Of a stretch of DNA of 58,045 bases, positions 57,747-58,045 are shown piece after piece. The notes under the pieces were generated by a model that made no database searches, was not told the origin of the DNA, and saw only the letters and a program-made list of their open reading frames with translations. Source of the stretch: Deltaproteobacteria bacterium UBA5799 (GTDB taxonomy: Bacteria; Desulfobacterota; GWC2-55-46); contig DIDN01000010.1 of the NCBI GenBank assembly GCA_002418185.1, positions 1 to 58,045 on the forward strand, written 5' to 3'. Position numbers and translations under genes: made by a program. Position 1 is the first letter of the stretch; each line of letters begins with the position of its first letter.

Positions 57747-58045
57747 TCACTTCGCCCCTATTTCAGTGTGGCACTTGGCGCAATTGTAAAGCGGGAACGC
57801 CTTCTGGCTGTTGTGGCAGTTTGGAGAGCCGCAGATCCTGCCCTCCATATTGAGCTTCATCGACATCTCTGTTGCGCCGCGCTTTTCCTTGAATATCCTC
57901 GGATGGCAGTCGGCGCATTTGTAAAGCTTTTCGTGAAGCGCGTGCGGGTAGACTACCGGCCCGACCCCCGCCTTTTTCATGCTTTCGATCTTGGAGTCGA
58001 GCACGAGGTCGCCTGCGGCTGAACCCAGGCCGGAGCCCGGCAGGG
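57747..58045 (-). CDS. c7-type triheme cytochrome (5' end outside window)
   Basis: PVVYPHALH, CADCH, CGSPNCH, CAKCH; frame stays open to the window edge. Confidence 0.85.
   Translation of the reverse strand, partial: LPGSGLGSAAGDLVLDSKIESMKKAGVGPVVYPHALHEKLYKCADCHPRIFKEKRGATEMSMKLNMEGRICGSPNCHNSQKAFPLYNCAKCHTEIGAK

Noticed and set aside
1-58045. CRISPR array, prophage, transposase, selenoprotein or programmed frameshift
   Set aside because: No regularly spaced direct repeats, no phage or IS proteins, and no split or prematurely ended genes seen

Overview
GC-rich bacterial core-genome window. Gene order (rho-rpmE-thyX-prfA-murA-his, def-fmt-DUF116) and a c7-type cytochrome suggest a deltaproteobacterial (Desulfobacterota-like) lineage; this is inference. 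It holds about 57 CDSs. On the minus strand: htpX/DUF116/fmt/def, priA, rpsF-rpsR-rplI-dnaB, murA-hisGDBHAF, rho-rpmE-thyX-prfA, and GntR-romX-like-rluD-pgeF-coaE. On the plus strand: a cobalamin-riboswitch-controlled cobO-cobU-orf-cobT-cobS-cobC-cbiA operon, comM/yifB plus a hybrid kinase, a cysteine desulfurase, tsaD, rsmA, a deoxynucleoside kinase, panBCD, and a pentose-phosphate cluster (tkt, tal-pgi fusion, gnd, zwf, glk, pgl). I saw no transposase, prophage, CRISPR, tRNA or rRNA. The most unusual signals are non-coding or subtle. (1) A cobalamin riboswitch carries a ~165-nt multi-hairpin insert in P2. (2) A ~170-nt structured element occurs twice with covarying stems. (3) At least six small palindromic/MITE-like repeat families occur, several nested, in gaps where related genomes have genes. 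(4) A RomX-like polarity protein is coupled to a GntR regulator. (5) panC probably starts at AUU. (6) DnaB has a CxCx4CxC insert. All family assignments come from recognised motifs, not database searches.
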